Below are positions 1 to 12,280 of a stretch of 64,000 bases of DNA, piece by piece. The DNA is from the human T2T-CHM13v2.0 reference genome, Homo sapiens: NCBI RefSeq assembly GCF_009914755.1, contig NC_060929.1, one strand, 5' to 3'. A program made the translations under genes and the position numbers. The notes below the pieces were generated by a model. It worked only from the letters and a program-made list of their open reading frames with translations, had not been told where the DNA came from and searched no databases. Each line of letters begins with the position of its first letter. Positions within the stretch are counted from its first letter, which is position 1.

Positions 1-1900
1 GCTCCTAGATCTGATAAACAACTTCAGCAAAGATTCAGGATATGAAACCAATGTACAAAAATCAGTAGCATTTCTATACACTAATAACATCCAAGCTGAA
101 ACCAAATCAAGAATGTGATCTCACTCACAAGAGTCACAAAAATATTAAAATACCTAGGAATACAGCTAACCAGGGAGGTGAAAGATCTCTAGCATTAGAA
201 TTATGAAACACTGCTGAAAGAAATCAGAGATGACACAAACAAATAGAAAAAACATTCCATGTTCATGGATTGGAAGAATCAATATTGTTAAAATGGCCAT
301 ACTACCCAAAGCAATCTACGGATTGAATGCTATTCCTGTCAAACTACCAATGACATTGCTCACAGGACTAGAAAAGAACTATTTTAAAATTAATATGGAA
401 CCAAAATTAGCCCTTATAGCCATAGTAAGCCTAAGCAGAAAGATAAAAGCAGAAGGCATCACACTATCTGACCTCAAACTATAGGGCTACAGAAACCAAA
501 ACAGCATGGTACTGGTATAAAAACAGATGCATAGACCAGTAGAAAAGAATAAACAGCCCAGAAATAAGGCCACACACCTACAACCATCTGATCTTTGACA
601 AAGCAGACAAAGACAAGCAATGAGGAAAGAACTCCCTATACAATAAATGGCACTAAGATAACTGGCTAGCCATATGCAGAAGATCAAAACTGAACCCCTT
701 CCTTACACCATATACAAAAATAAACTCAAAACGGATAAAGACTTAAATGTAAAAACCAAAACTAAACTCTAAAAACTCTGAACAATAACCTAGGCAATAT
801 CATTCTGGACATAGAAATGGGCAAAGATTTCATGACAAATATGTCAAAAGCAATTTCAACAAAAGTGAAAATTGACTAATGGGATCTACTTAAACTAAAT
901 AGTTCCTGCATAACAAAAGAAACTATCAACAGAGTAACAGACAACCTATAGAATGAGAGAAAATTTTGTAAACTATGCATCTCACAAAGGTCTAGTACCC
1001 AGCATCTATAAGAAACAAACAAATTTACAAGAGAAAAACAACCCTATTAAAAATTGGGCAAAGGACATGAACAGACACTTTTCAAAAGGAGATGCACATG
1101 TCTAACAAGTACATGAAAGAAACCTCAACATCACTGATCACTACAGAAATGCAAATCAAAACCACAATGAGATACCATCACACACCAGCCAGAATGGCTA
1201 TTACTAAAAAGTCAAAAAATTACAGATGATAGCAAGGTTGTGGAGAAAAGGGAGTGCTTATACACTGCTGGTCTGACTGTAAATTAGTTCAGCCACTGTG
1301 AAAAGCAGTCTGGTGATTTCTCAAAGAACTAAGAACTACCATTCAACCCAGCAACCCATTATTGGGTATATACCCAAAGGAATATAAATTGTTCTACCAC
1401 AAAGACATATGCATGTGTATGTTCATTACAGCACTATTCACAATAGCTAGGACATGGAATTAACCAAAATGCCCATCAACAGTTGACTGGATAAAGAAAA
1501 CGTGGTATACATACACCATGGAACACCACACAGCCATAAAAGAGAACAAAATCATGTCTTTTGCAGCAACATGGATGGAGCTGGAGGTCATTATCCTAAG
1601 TGAGCTAATGTAGGAATAGAAAACCAAATACCACATGTTCTTACTTATAAGGGGGAGCCAAACACCAAATGCACATGAATACAAAGAAGGAAACGACAGA
1701 TACTGGGGCCTACATGAGGGTGGAGGATGGGAGGAGGGTGAGGATTGAAAAATACCTGTCAGACACTATGCTTATTACCTGGGTGATGAAATAATCTGTA
1801 CCAAACCCCTTTGACACACAAGTTACCTATACAACAAACTTTGCACATATACCCCTGAATCTAAAATAAAAGTTAAAAAGTAAAATACAATTTAAAAAAA
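1..1900 (+). mobile_element. L1 (L1PA13-16/L1PB-like) 3' part: decayed ORF2 C-terminus, 3'UTR and A-rich tail
   Basis: ORF 230-484 gives the L1 ORF2 motif [23 protein letters not shown]; typical 3'UTR; AATAAA and A-tail near 1865-1900; frameshifts and stops. Confidence 0.95.
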
Positions 1901-2655
1901 CTTATTTTGATGATGTTAGTGGTGATATTAACAAATGTGATGTGTATCATAATAAAAATGTGATAACATTTGGAAAATCAAGCATAACTCAATGAACCAG
2001 TATTTTCGAAATGACTGATGCATGGTATTACAAAATTATGCCTAGGTAAATATACACTCATAGTGCATGATAGACCAATAGATTTTAGTGTAATGAAGTA
2101 TGAAAAGTTTACTGATATGGCTTCAGATTCTACATTGTAACTAACCTTTAATTATGCCCACTTTTCAAGTTTTATGAAGTATCTCACTCAAACTCCCTGT
2201 CTCCTGTGCCCTGATTACCCAAAATTATCTGCAAAGGCTATGAAAGTACTCTTTTTTTTTTTCAATTACATACCTGCATGAAGCCAGATTTTCAACATAT
2301 ACTTCAACCAAAACAACATATTGCAACAGATGGAACGCTGAAGCAGAGATGGGAACCTAGCTGTCTGCTATTATGCCAGACATTGACGAGAGCTACAAAA
2401 ATGTAACATGATGTCACACTTATCACTAATTACTTTTTGTTTTGGGAAATATGGTAATTTTTCACAAAAATATGTTATGTTAATGTAGGATGGGTTTATT
2501 ATTGTTGTTAATGTTTTTATTATTGTTAAGTTAATGTTTTTATTTCTAAAACAGTATACATTTACAGATTTACCCCCCAAAACAGGTTTTGGGGGCAGTC
2601 CTCATTTTTAAGAATATAAAAAGATCAGAAGACCAAAGAGTTTGAGAACTGCTGA
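1901..2655 (+). mobile_element. hAT-Charlie DNA transposon fossil (Charlie1-like), 3' part
   Basis: ACATACCTGCATGAAGCCAGATTTTCA (TYLHEARFS, resembling the hAT motif TYLCEAGFS); ends in a Charlie-type terminus TTTGAGAACTGCTG. Confidence 0.85.
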
Positions 2656-2669
2656 CTTTTTGCAACCTG

Positions 2670-2825
2670 ATGACGTTGGAAGTTTTGTTATCCTCATTCT
2701 ACAGATGAAGTAACTAATATTTTGCGAAGTAATTTTCCAGGGTTATGCAGGAGATGACAAGTAGCAAAGGCAAGCTTTAACTCAGGATCCCTGGCTACTG
2801 GGCCCAGATTCTTAAATACTGCAAC
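2670..2825 (-). mobile_element. MIR SINE
   Basis: Degenerate MIR core CTCATTCTACAGATGAAGTAACT. Confidence 0.65.
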
Positions 2826-3194
2826 ATCCTTCTGGAGTCTAGTCAGACAATTTAGCTGTAGCAGCCCCTAGAGTGGGCTTTATCATCACCCCCAATTTTT
2901 CCCATTCTTAGTGGCACAATTACAGAAAAAGGCAGCATGACCTTTCCCAGGATAGAGCCTCCATGAATGAACGTAGGTTGGTGACTGTGAGAGTCAGTAC
3001 TCTGGTAGACGGGGGAGGAGTGGGAGAAGCAGTCAATTCTCACCTATTGTCCATGCTTTTCTAAGTATATGTCCGGATTCTCTCAACCCTCAGACTCCAC
3101 ACTAAGACTTGATATTTTCCAGTGGGGTTGACTGAAGCAGTGACCCAATCTGCAAGCAGGTGTTGAGTACAGGCTCTTCCTCTCACCTTCTAGT

Positions 3195-3322
3195 TCTGCC
3201 CTGTCCAATACAGTAGACACTGGACTCATGTAGCTATTTGAATTTACATTCAAATTAGTTAAGTAAAATAAAATGAAAATTTCAGTTCCCCAGTCTTACT
3301 ACCATATTTCAGGTACTCAGAA
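3195..3322. mobile_element. MER3/MER33-like hAT MITE fragment
   Basis: CTGTCCAATACAGTAGACACT...TAGCTATTTGAATTT...AAATTTCAGTTCC matches the recalled consensus. Confidence 0.65.
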
Positions 3323-3447
3323 ATCATGCCCTGTACATGTTTCTTGCAGGTACTGGGGTCTTTGGAAACCCTTGCAGTCTAGTGAGAAATGTTCTGGCTT
3401 TGCAGTCAGTTGAACCTGGGGCCACTGGACAATAAAAATACCCAGAT

Positions 3448-3815
3448 AGTTGTTGTTGTTGTGGTGGTGTTGGTGGTGGTGGTGAGGTGATGGTGGTGGT
3501 TAGTGCTGGTAGTGATGGTGGTGGTGGAGGTGGTGATGGTGGTGATGATAGTGATGGTGGTGGTGGCAGTAGTGGTAGTGGTGGAAGAGGTGGTAGTGGA
3601 GGTGGTGGTGGTAGTGATGGAGATGGTGGTGGTTGTGGTGATGGTGGTGATGGTGATACTGATAATGTGATGGTAGTTGTGATAGTGATGGTGGTGGTGA
3701 TGATAGTGACGGTGGTGGTAGTGGTGGTAGTGATGGTGATGATGCTGGCAATGGTGATGGTGGTGGTGATGATAGTGGTGGTTGTGATAGTGATGGTGGT
3801 GGTGGTGAGGATGAT
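3448..3815. repeat. Degenerate (GGT/GAT/AGT)n trinucleotide low-complexity repeat
   Basis: Seen directly; produces the poly-G/V, poly-P/T and poly-H ORFs. Confidence 0.97.
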
Positions 3816-5253
3816 TGAAAGCACTGAAGACCAGGTTCTGCCCTTGGGATTGATAAATGTTGGGTTTCTCACTGTGCAGTCTTTAGATTCTGTGCATTAG
3901 AGTCCCAGGTGTGTTTCAGCCCTACTGAGCCAGAATCTCTGGGAGGGAATCTCTTCTTTCCACAAGCTCTTTGGGAAATTATTAAGTGCCCCAAAGTTTG
4001 GAAGAATTGTGATAGATTAAAGCTGTGGTAGCATATTAAACATTCACACATAAGAAGCAAGAAACTCTAACTCTCCAGGAGGCTTACAATGAACTCTGAA
4101 TATTCCCGGGTGTTCCTATCACAGTCCTCTTCAGTAAGCGCTAGTCCTTGGCTGTTTGGCTCCAGGAAGCACAGACTCCAGGTGGGAGGGCCTCCGGCCA
4201 CTACAACGCAGCAGGATTCCTAGAAGCCAGGCACACAGCGTGTCTCCTCTGAGAGAGGCACAGAGCCTCACAAGGCTTATTGGGGGGAAAGACCAAGTTC
4301 CTATTACAGCCACTATCCAGTGTCTACACTAACACATGCCAAGCTCAGCTCCAGGCCATGTCCCAGGCCAGCTGACTTGGCTTTCTCCCCTCAGCATTGC
4401 AATTTACCATTTCCCGGAACCAAAAAGCCTTAAGTCTCTCCATGCCCTCTGTAGACGTACCAAGACGGGGCCTTTTCCCTACCTGGGCTAGTGTTCAATA
4501 GATGAGGCTGAGATTTTAAAGCCCTGCAGCAGTGAGTCTGTGAGAATCCTCTTGCTTTATTTGCCTTTTTGTTAGGCTTTCTTTAGAAATTCGTTGGTGT
4601 GTAACTCCCGGTAGGCATGACTACAACTGGGTGTATGCTCCCTCTCCCTTAGGAGTTCAGGAGGAGATTGGAATGTGGTTCTGAGTAGATGGGGAATCTC
4701 ATTAATCAATGTGGGTAGGGCTGGTGGAAAAAAAAAGTTTTAGTATATGGCAAGCTTGAAAGGCCCACAGAATTTTCTTAAATTCTCTTCAAAGCATGCA
4801 GTTGAGTACTCTTGTTTAGCAGGAACTTTGCTGTAACATGACTTTCCTTGGCTCAGAGTATGGGGTTACAGAAGACCTCACTGGGACCCAGCCAAGGAAG
4901 TTAGATTAGCAGAAGTACCAGAAGTACTGGATGAGAACATAGTGTCATTGAGAATGTGGTCCTGGAAAAAAAGATCTCAAGGGCAACCATACTGCAGGAT
5001 TTCAAACCACAGCAGGCCAGGGAAGTTCCTGATGAGAGAAGAAGCTGATCCTCACGGGACCAGGTGACTGTAATGCAGGCTGAACATTCCAGAACCCAAG
5101 CAAGGCTCATGCAGGCAGAACTGTTGCTGGGCCCATTGCCAAGTCCGGCCACTCTGACACTGCCCAGGAAAGCCATGGAATCCTTCTTTCCTATAAGGAC
5201 ATAGTCAATTATGCATTTATGAAGCACCTAGCATATGCAGAAAAGCATGCATG

Positions 5254-5559
<306 letters not shown>

Positions 5560-5851
5560 AGAAAAGCATGCATGGTTCTTCAGCATAGAATTGGAAAGAA
5601 ATGAAACAATAGTGCCTCTGCCATGAAAGATGTTTATGTTCAATTAGAGGTCAAAAGTGTGGCTATGAGGAAAATAATAAGTAATCATAAAATTATTAGT
5701 GTGGTACAAGCACAGTAAATGTATTTTAAAGAAAGGGACTCATAAAGGCAAAGAGTGTATTTTAATTGTGATTATACTTCAAAAGAGAATGGTTAAGATG
5801 AACAATCCAAAAATTAATTATTGGCTAACTTGTAGGCTGGTAGCTGGCAGA

Positions 5852-6001
5852 GATGCGTGTATGCATGTGCGTGCATGTGTATATGTACATGTGCATGTGT
5901 GTGTGCATGTGTGTGCACGTGTACTTGCGTGTGTGAGCACATATGTGTGTGCGCATGTGTATGTGTGCATTGTATGTGTGTGTGTGCATGTGTATGTGTG
6001 T
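5852..6001. repeat. Imperfect (TG/CA)n alternating purine-pyrimidine tract
   Basis: Seen directly. Confidence 0.95.
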
Positions 6002-7369
6002 TGGCACCACTGTGCAAGCACCCCAGAAGCATGAAAGCTGAGCCACATCCATCCCTCCCTCTCTCCTTATGGTTTGTTTCCTTGTCATGGATTTTTTCCT
6101 CTCTCACTCTCCCTTCCTACCCTTCATCTTCATGTTTCCCTTGCCTGTGCCCTTGATCAGCTGGTGGAAGAGATTAGAGAATGTGTTTTCCCTCCTACTG
6201 ATTCTTTCATTGCTCTGCACCCTCCTGCTCCTTCCACCCTCGTACCTAGCCAGACCTCAGCTGCACATATTGCTCCAAGTGTTTGGGATTATTTCCCAGT
6301 GTGTGGTAAGGAGGAGAATCCCAGTGCCAGCAATTCCATGCCGTCTCTGGATCCTAATAAGTTGGCAGCCAAAGAAATGCAGGCCAACGCAATGAAACCT
6401 TCCAGGGAGCCAGCCATTCTTGGATGACTCTGTGGCTCCGACTCACACTTCACCCCCTACTTTTGTTTTCTTCTTCCCTACAACAGCAAACAAATTATAC
6501 ACGAATTCAAAGCACAGGCCTGGTGAAGGGTGTTGCGGCTTCTGTTGCTCTTTCTTCTCTGAACCTATTGCTGCTCCCCAGGACCTCCCTGGCTGGGATG
6601 GATGTGGTTGTTCTCATGTGAATAAGAGTACAAGGCAGAGGCTGAAGTGATCCAGTCCTAATCATGTTAGGATTCAAGGCTCTACTTGTCCCTCGGTGTA
6701 GGTCACTTAGGCATTAGCACAGGGCCTTGCTTAGAGTCCCCGTTCAATAAATACAGCATGTGTCTGTCAACTGCTTCATGCAGGCTCCAAAAATGAGCCA
6801 TGGGAAAAAGAAGTCACCTCTCCTAAAGCTTGCCAACTTCCTGGAGCATCTGAGAAGTTGCAAGATGGCAGTGGTGATTATGTTTTTGTCGTTATGGTCT
6901 GGGTGGGTAGGTCCATGTGGCTGCGCTTATTGGTGCTAATGACATCAAGGATCGGTTCCCAAAAGGCCAGCAGGCTTTGTGTAAAAGAAAATGTGCTGTG
7001 TGGCCCTGAATTCCCCTGCCCTCAGTCATGGACTATGGAGAGTGGCCTTGCTCTAGCCTCGACAGAGCGTAGGCTGGTTTAGGTCATGTTCATCTGGGAG
7101 ACAGGGAGGTGGGAGACTTCCAAGGAAACATCTCACTGAGGGCTACTGGCAGCAGCAGGAAATAAATAAAAGAAAGCACATTCACGTCATAACTGTTTCC
7201 TCCTCTTCTCTGTCCAAATCCTAGCTGGCTTTTCACCCATAGACGAGGCCCATGTCAATGCCACCCCTGTCTCTTGGGCAAATGTTCCTTTATTGATTTT
7301 CTGGCATACGTCTACTTGCTTTACTGGGACCAGGGACAAAGAGCTGCCCCCACACATACCCACACACAG

Positions 7370-7520
7370 GCTGTGAGATGTTGGGTAGGTTACTTAACTT
7401 CTTTCAGAGCCAGGTTTCTCATTCATCAAGTGACAGAATAAAAAATCCACATCACAATCCTCCATTGGGACAATTAAGTCAGATAAAGCAGGCAAAAGTG
7501 CCTAAGTCATTTGTAAATTG
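7370..7520 (+). mobile_element. MIR SINE
   Basis: GGTAGGTTACTTAACTTCT...GTTTCTCATTC core-like sequence. Confidence 0.55.
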
Positions 7521-7588
7521 ACATGAAAATGCCATCATTTTTTCTCAAGCAGATTTCTGCTCCAGAAGAGAAAAGAATTGCTTTTCTA

Positions 7589-7770
7589 CAACTACAGAGA
7601 CTCCCAATTGAATCCACAGCCCATCTATCTATATTTACTCTTAGAGTTAATTTTTCATGGTCACCAACTAAAGAATTTTAAAAAAATTAAGGCAGGTGAC
7701 TTCTAGTAAAGTTTGCAGATTAAACACGACCATCCACTTTCTTCCCCTCCTAAAACACCACTAAAAATGC
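7589..7770 (+). repeat. Copy 1 of a 182-bp dispersed direct duplication (partner 9876-10057)
   Basis: Manual alignment: 3 substitutions, no indels, offset 2287 bp. Confidence 0.97.
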
Positions 7771-7809
7771 CTTTCAAATGCTTTCTACTTGGTAATCAAA
7801 ACTATCCTC

Positions 7810-8162
7810 ACCAAAAGAGAATGGAAGGAAGTCTACCAGAGACTGAGAAGGGTAGTGGGGAGGTAGGGGAAAGGTGGCAATGGTTAAGGGATACAAAACA
7901 AACAGAATGAATGAATAAGACCTAGTATTCCACAGCACAACAGGGTGACTGTAGTCAATAATAATTTAATTGAACATTTTAAAATAACTAAAAGAGTATA
8001 ATTGGATTGTTTGTAACACAAAGGATAAATGCTTGAGGGGATGGATACCCCATTTCCAGCATGTGACTGTTATGCAATGCATGCCTGTATCAAAACATCT
8101 CATGTACCCAATAAATATATATACGTACCCACAAAAATTAAAAATTTAAAAAAATTTTTAAA
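7810..8162 (+). mobile_element. 5'-truncated L1MA (L1MA1-3-like) 3' end
   Basis: Diagnostic 3'UTR (AGCACAACAGGGTGACT, GGATAAATGCTTGAGGGGATGGATACCCC); TSD AAAACTATCCTC at 7798-7809 and 8163-8174. Confidence 0.92.
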
Positions 8163-8394
8163 AAAACTATCCTCTACAATTCATGGGAATCAAGCCAGCT
8201 TGAAAAAGGGACAAGTTGTGCTTGTAGGCTGGATGTGTGCATATTAATTATAATTATCTGGATATGCACTGAAAGCATCAAGGGTGGGAAAAGCATATAT
8301 ACTTTTTTTTAACTCCTCAGGTAATTTCAAGGGTTGGCCTGGTAGAGAAACCCTGGGCCAGCCCCTCAATATCCCCACATTCCTTAACCTGGGG

Positions 8395-8790
8395 CAGAGT
8401 TTCTCCAACTTTCTTGGTAAGATTCACCTGGGATACCTGCTAAAGATACAAATTCCCAAATCCATCCGTTTCTCTGAATCAAGTCTTAGGGGAAGAGGCC
8501 TAGAAAGTAGGTGAATGATATCATCTGGGAGTTGGGAAACACCGCCCACAGTTCCTCAAATGTTACCTGAAAACCTTGCTTTTCCTCAGTTACCTGAAAA
8601 CCTTGTTTTTAAGAAGTAAAGATTGCCAGGCAGATCCACCCTAACTCAAAGAATTTTGAGAACCCTGGAGTGAGACTTGGAATTTTCACTTCTACCTAGC
8701 ACTCAAAGAATTTTAATTTGAGAACCCTGGAGTGAGACCTGGAATTTTCACTTCGACCTAGCACCCTCGGTTGACCCCCAAGTCTGCTAC
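8395..8790. mobile_element. MER5-like hAT MITE remnants containing local tandem duplications
   Basis: CAGAGTTTCTCCAACTTT...GATTCACCTGGG...CTGAATCA; terminus TTGGGAAACACCG. Confidence 0.55.
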
Positions 8791-9069
8791 TCCATAAGAA
8801 ATGCTGCTCCAAACCTCTGGAATGGCACCAGAGAATGGAGGATGATTCCTAAGTACTGCCAGCTCACACCTCCTATGCCTGAACCAGACACTTGCTTGAA
8901 CTTCCTTGTGGCTATTAAAAAGGGTTGACTAATTATACAAAGGGACAGCCCTGAGCCATTTCAAGCCTGGGGAGTGAAAGCTGTAAAGTAAGGTAGGTGG
9001 CCTGAGGTGCTGAGACAAGCCTGGGCAGGCAAGCCAGTGTCCAGAGAAGTTGCATTCCTAGGGCTGCTT

Positions 9070-9320
9070 TCCGGGGCTCCACCCCCTTTAAGCTGTGAAA
9101 CAACTCATATGCGCCGCTGCCCCCAAGGAAGTGCTCCTTCACCCTGGTGCTGTAGACGTGTACAAGGGTCTGGCCACTAGTGACAGACCTGGCGAATCTC
9201 CCTTTGGCATCCATTCTCGGGGCTCCTGCCGCCATCTTGGATCCCATCCCCACGGGGTCTGCAGACTCATCACTAAGGACAGAACCTCTCTGGGCACATG
9301 ATGTAGTCTCCTCTCGAGTA
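9070..9320. promoter_or_regulatory. CpG-retaining candidate regulatory element with a perfect YY1 motif
   Basis: Nine CpGs in ~245 bp; GCCGCCATCTTG at 9228-9239 (CAAGATGGCGGC on -); degenerate CTCF-like TGGCCACTAGTGACAG at 9171-9186. Confidence 0.4.
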
Positions 9321-9979
9321 TATTTCTGTCTCCAAGCAAGGAGCCATTAATTATGGAAAATGTGAGGAAGGGGGGCATTTTCTTCCTTCCCTAAAGTTCC
9401 TGTCAGCATGCAAACAAGAATTTCTGTCCTCTCCAATGTACTGAAGCAAAAGCTGCTACTTCCCAGCCACCTCTCATTGGTTTCTCCCTAAGTGATAACA
9501 GGGGGTCAGTCTAGCAGTGTAGGAAGGTTGTTCTTGCTGGGTCTCTGCCCTCAGCTGCAGGAATTTATCCAAGGGACAGCTTGTGCCCCCCTGTTACTGT
9601 GTACTCTGGAGATCCTGTGGCTTGTCCCTTTGGCAATATGAATGTTAAGGTATGGATTCAGAAATACAGTAAAGAAAAGCTTGCTTCAAAGTATAAGAGG
9701 ACCTGGGGATTCACTATTTGTCTTTAAAAGATGAAGGGGTAAACTTATTTCTACCCTTCCATCACCCATCTGTTTTAATCTCTCTTTTGAAACCACTATC
9801 ATATAAGAGTGCGGGACGAACACAGAGCATGAGTCCCTGAGCATGGGGTGCTGACGGGCAGACTGACTGGCTAACCAACTACAGAGACTCCCAATTGAAT
9901 CCACAGCCCATCTATCTATGTTTACTCTTAGAGTTAATTTTTCATGGTCACCAACTAAAGAATTTTAAAAAAATTAAGG

Positions 9980-10699
<720 letters not shown>

Positions 10700-11648
10700 T
10701 TGTGATACTTTAAACTATGTGCATTTACTGCCTTTAAAAAAATTTGTTTATATAAGGAGAAAGGGAAGGTGAGAAGAAGGGATTCTCCACTGATGCGTAT
10801 GTTGAAGGCCAATTTCCCGTCTTCCTCTTCACTCTGGATCTGGCCTTTTTAAGTCCAACACACACTGTCAGTTGAAGATCTGAAAGGAGCAATGCCGCGG
10901 TGTGAGGAAATTTCATCGTGAGAACAGTTGGGTGTGGTAGCACATTACTCAGGAGCTTGACTTTTGTCTAAAGCATGTAATTAGGCCCATCCAGGCTCTC
11001 CCCTTCTGCCAGGGCACGGGCCCTACTAGAGGCCCTGACCCTCAAGGCTACTGTCCTTCTGGCCAGCACAGCTGACTTCCATGACCCTGGCCAAAGCTGA
11101 GATCATCCTGTTAGCTGCACTTTGATCCTGGAGAAGGCCTTCTCCCATGCTGGCCAGGGTTCCTCGTTGGAATGGAAGCCTGTCAAGTCACATTCCTCAC
11201 CACCTACGTGCTAGAAGCCCATATTTTCTAAATCACTCCTGTTGTGCTCATCAAGGTTCTTCTTGCTGAGAGTCCACCCAGTCTCTCCATTTTCAGAAAG
11301 CCCATTCTGGGTTAGATACACACTCATCCTTTCTTGGCATTTTCTCCTCTGCAAAGTGGCTTCCTCCCAGCTCTGCCTCAGGCCAGCCTTACCATGCCAG
11401 GTCCCATTTGGGACTCTTTTGCTCCAAAACTCTGAAATCTCCATTTTCAAGGACAAGACAATGATGTGGCTCTGGGAAGCCCAGTGCACTTAAATTGCAG
11501 CTCTTTAAACTCTTAGGATTCTGTCTAATTTGCATTTTAATGCATATACCTCTAGTGGCTTGCCTGAACCCTTGTCGCCATCTTTGGGAGAGGAAGTTAT
11601 AAAAGCACACTTGCTAGAAAGAGGAACTTTGTGGTCATTTCATTTATG

Positions 11649-11749
11649 GAGACTCTAGTGTCTCTGGGTGCTTCTCCTTAGGATATCCTAAGGAGATATC
11701 CTATCCTATGTAGACTACTGGGACAGTAGTCTACCTTCTATGGGTAGAC
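11649..11749. repeat. Cluster of four inverted repeats, including a perfect 24-bp palindrome
   Basis: TCTCCTTAGGATATCCTAAGGAGA at 11673-11696; GTAGACTACTG-gga-CAGTAGTCTAC at 11710-11734; two shorter ones flanking. Confidence 0.95.
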
Positions 11750-11834
11750 ATCACTAATGTAAAACATTACTAATCCTCACCTATTTTTCATACTCTTAGC
11801 CCCAGAGCAGCTTACTGGAAATGATTTCCTGAAG

Positions 11835-12040
11835 AACTGGACAGTCATTAAGACTGTGTGCTCTGGGGTATGGAATCCTGACTCAGTTGTGTGACCTTAA
11901 GAAGTTAACTTAACTTCTCAGTTTATTCATCCGGGAATAACAATAGTATTTGTCTCATGGGTTTTTATACTAGTTAATCTGGGTATGTGCTCTGAATGGT
12001 ACCTGGCGTAGAGTAAATGCTCAATAAATACTATTATCAT
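11835..12040 (+). mobile_element. MIR SINE
   Basis: TGTGTGACCTTAAGAAGTTAACTTAACTTCTCAGTTT...GTAAATGCTCAATAAAT. Confidence 0.75.
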
Positions 12041-12049
12041 GAGATCCTC

Positions 12050-12280
12050 CTGTCCTTCAAGGAAAACCCACATGACCCCCAAGTTACCCACTCCCCTCTG
12101 TTGAGCACTGTGCCTAATATGTGTGGCTGTTGTTGCATTTATCACCCTGCAGCCTCCCCCAGCTGGACAGTGGCCTCCTGAGGACAGGTGCTGTATCTTA
12201 ATCCTCTCTACATTCCCCAATATCTGGCACAGAGCTCAGCATTTTGTAGATGTGCAATAAATGTTTGTGGAATAAATACC
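12050..12280 (+). mobile_element. L2 3' end
   Basis: CTCCTGAGGACAGG...CTGGCACAGAG...CAATAAATGTTTGTGGAATAAAT. Confidence 0.75.

Noticed and set aside
1-585. Similarity to 39028-39626 suggesting a segmental duplication
   Set aside because: Both are the same region of L1 ORF2 with many scattered differences and unrelated flanks, so these are independent insertions
3324-3900. Long ORFs of 182, 137 and 83 aa (poly-T/P, poly-G/V, poly-H)
   Set aside because: Translations of a simple triplet repeat; no splice context or domain
5699-6156. Overlapping His/Thr- and Cys/Val-rich ORFs
   Set aside because: Products of the (TG)n-like tract
6250-6305. Possible + strand mini-exon (pyrimidine tract, CCTAG| ... 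GTG|GTAAGG)
   Set aside because: Isolated, no partner exons or recognisable frame; the tract is part of a low-complexity CT-rich stretch
8644-8762. Repeat units superficially like a CRISPR array
   Set aside because: Only two adjacent copies, no spacers, no cas genes, eukaryotic context
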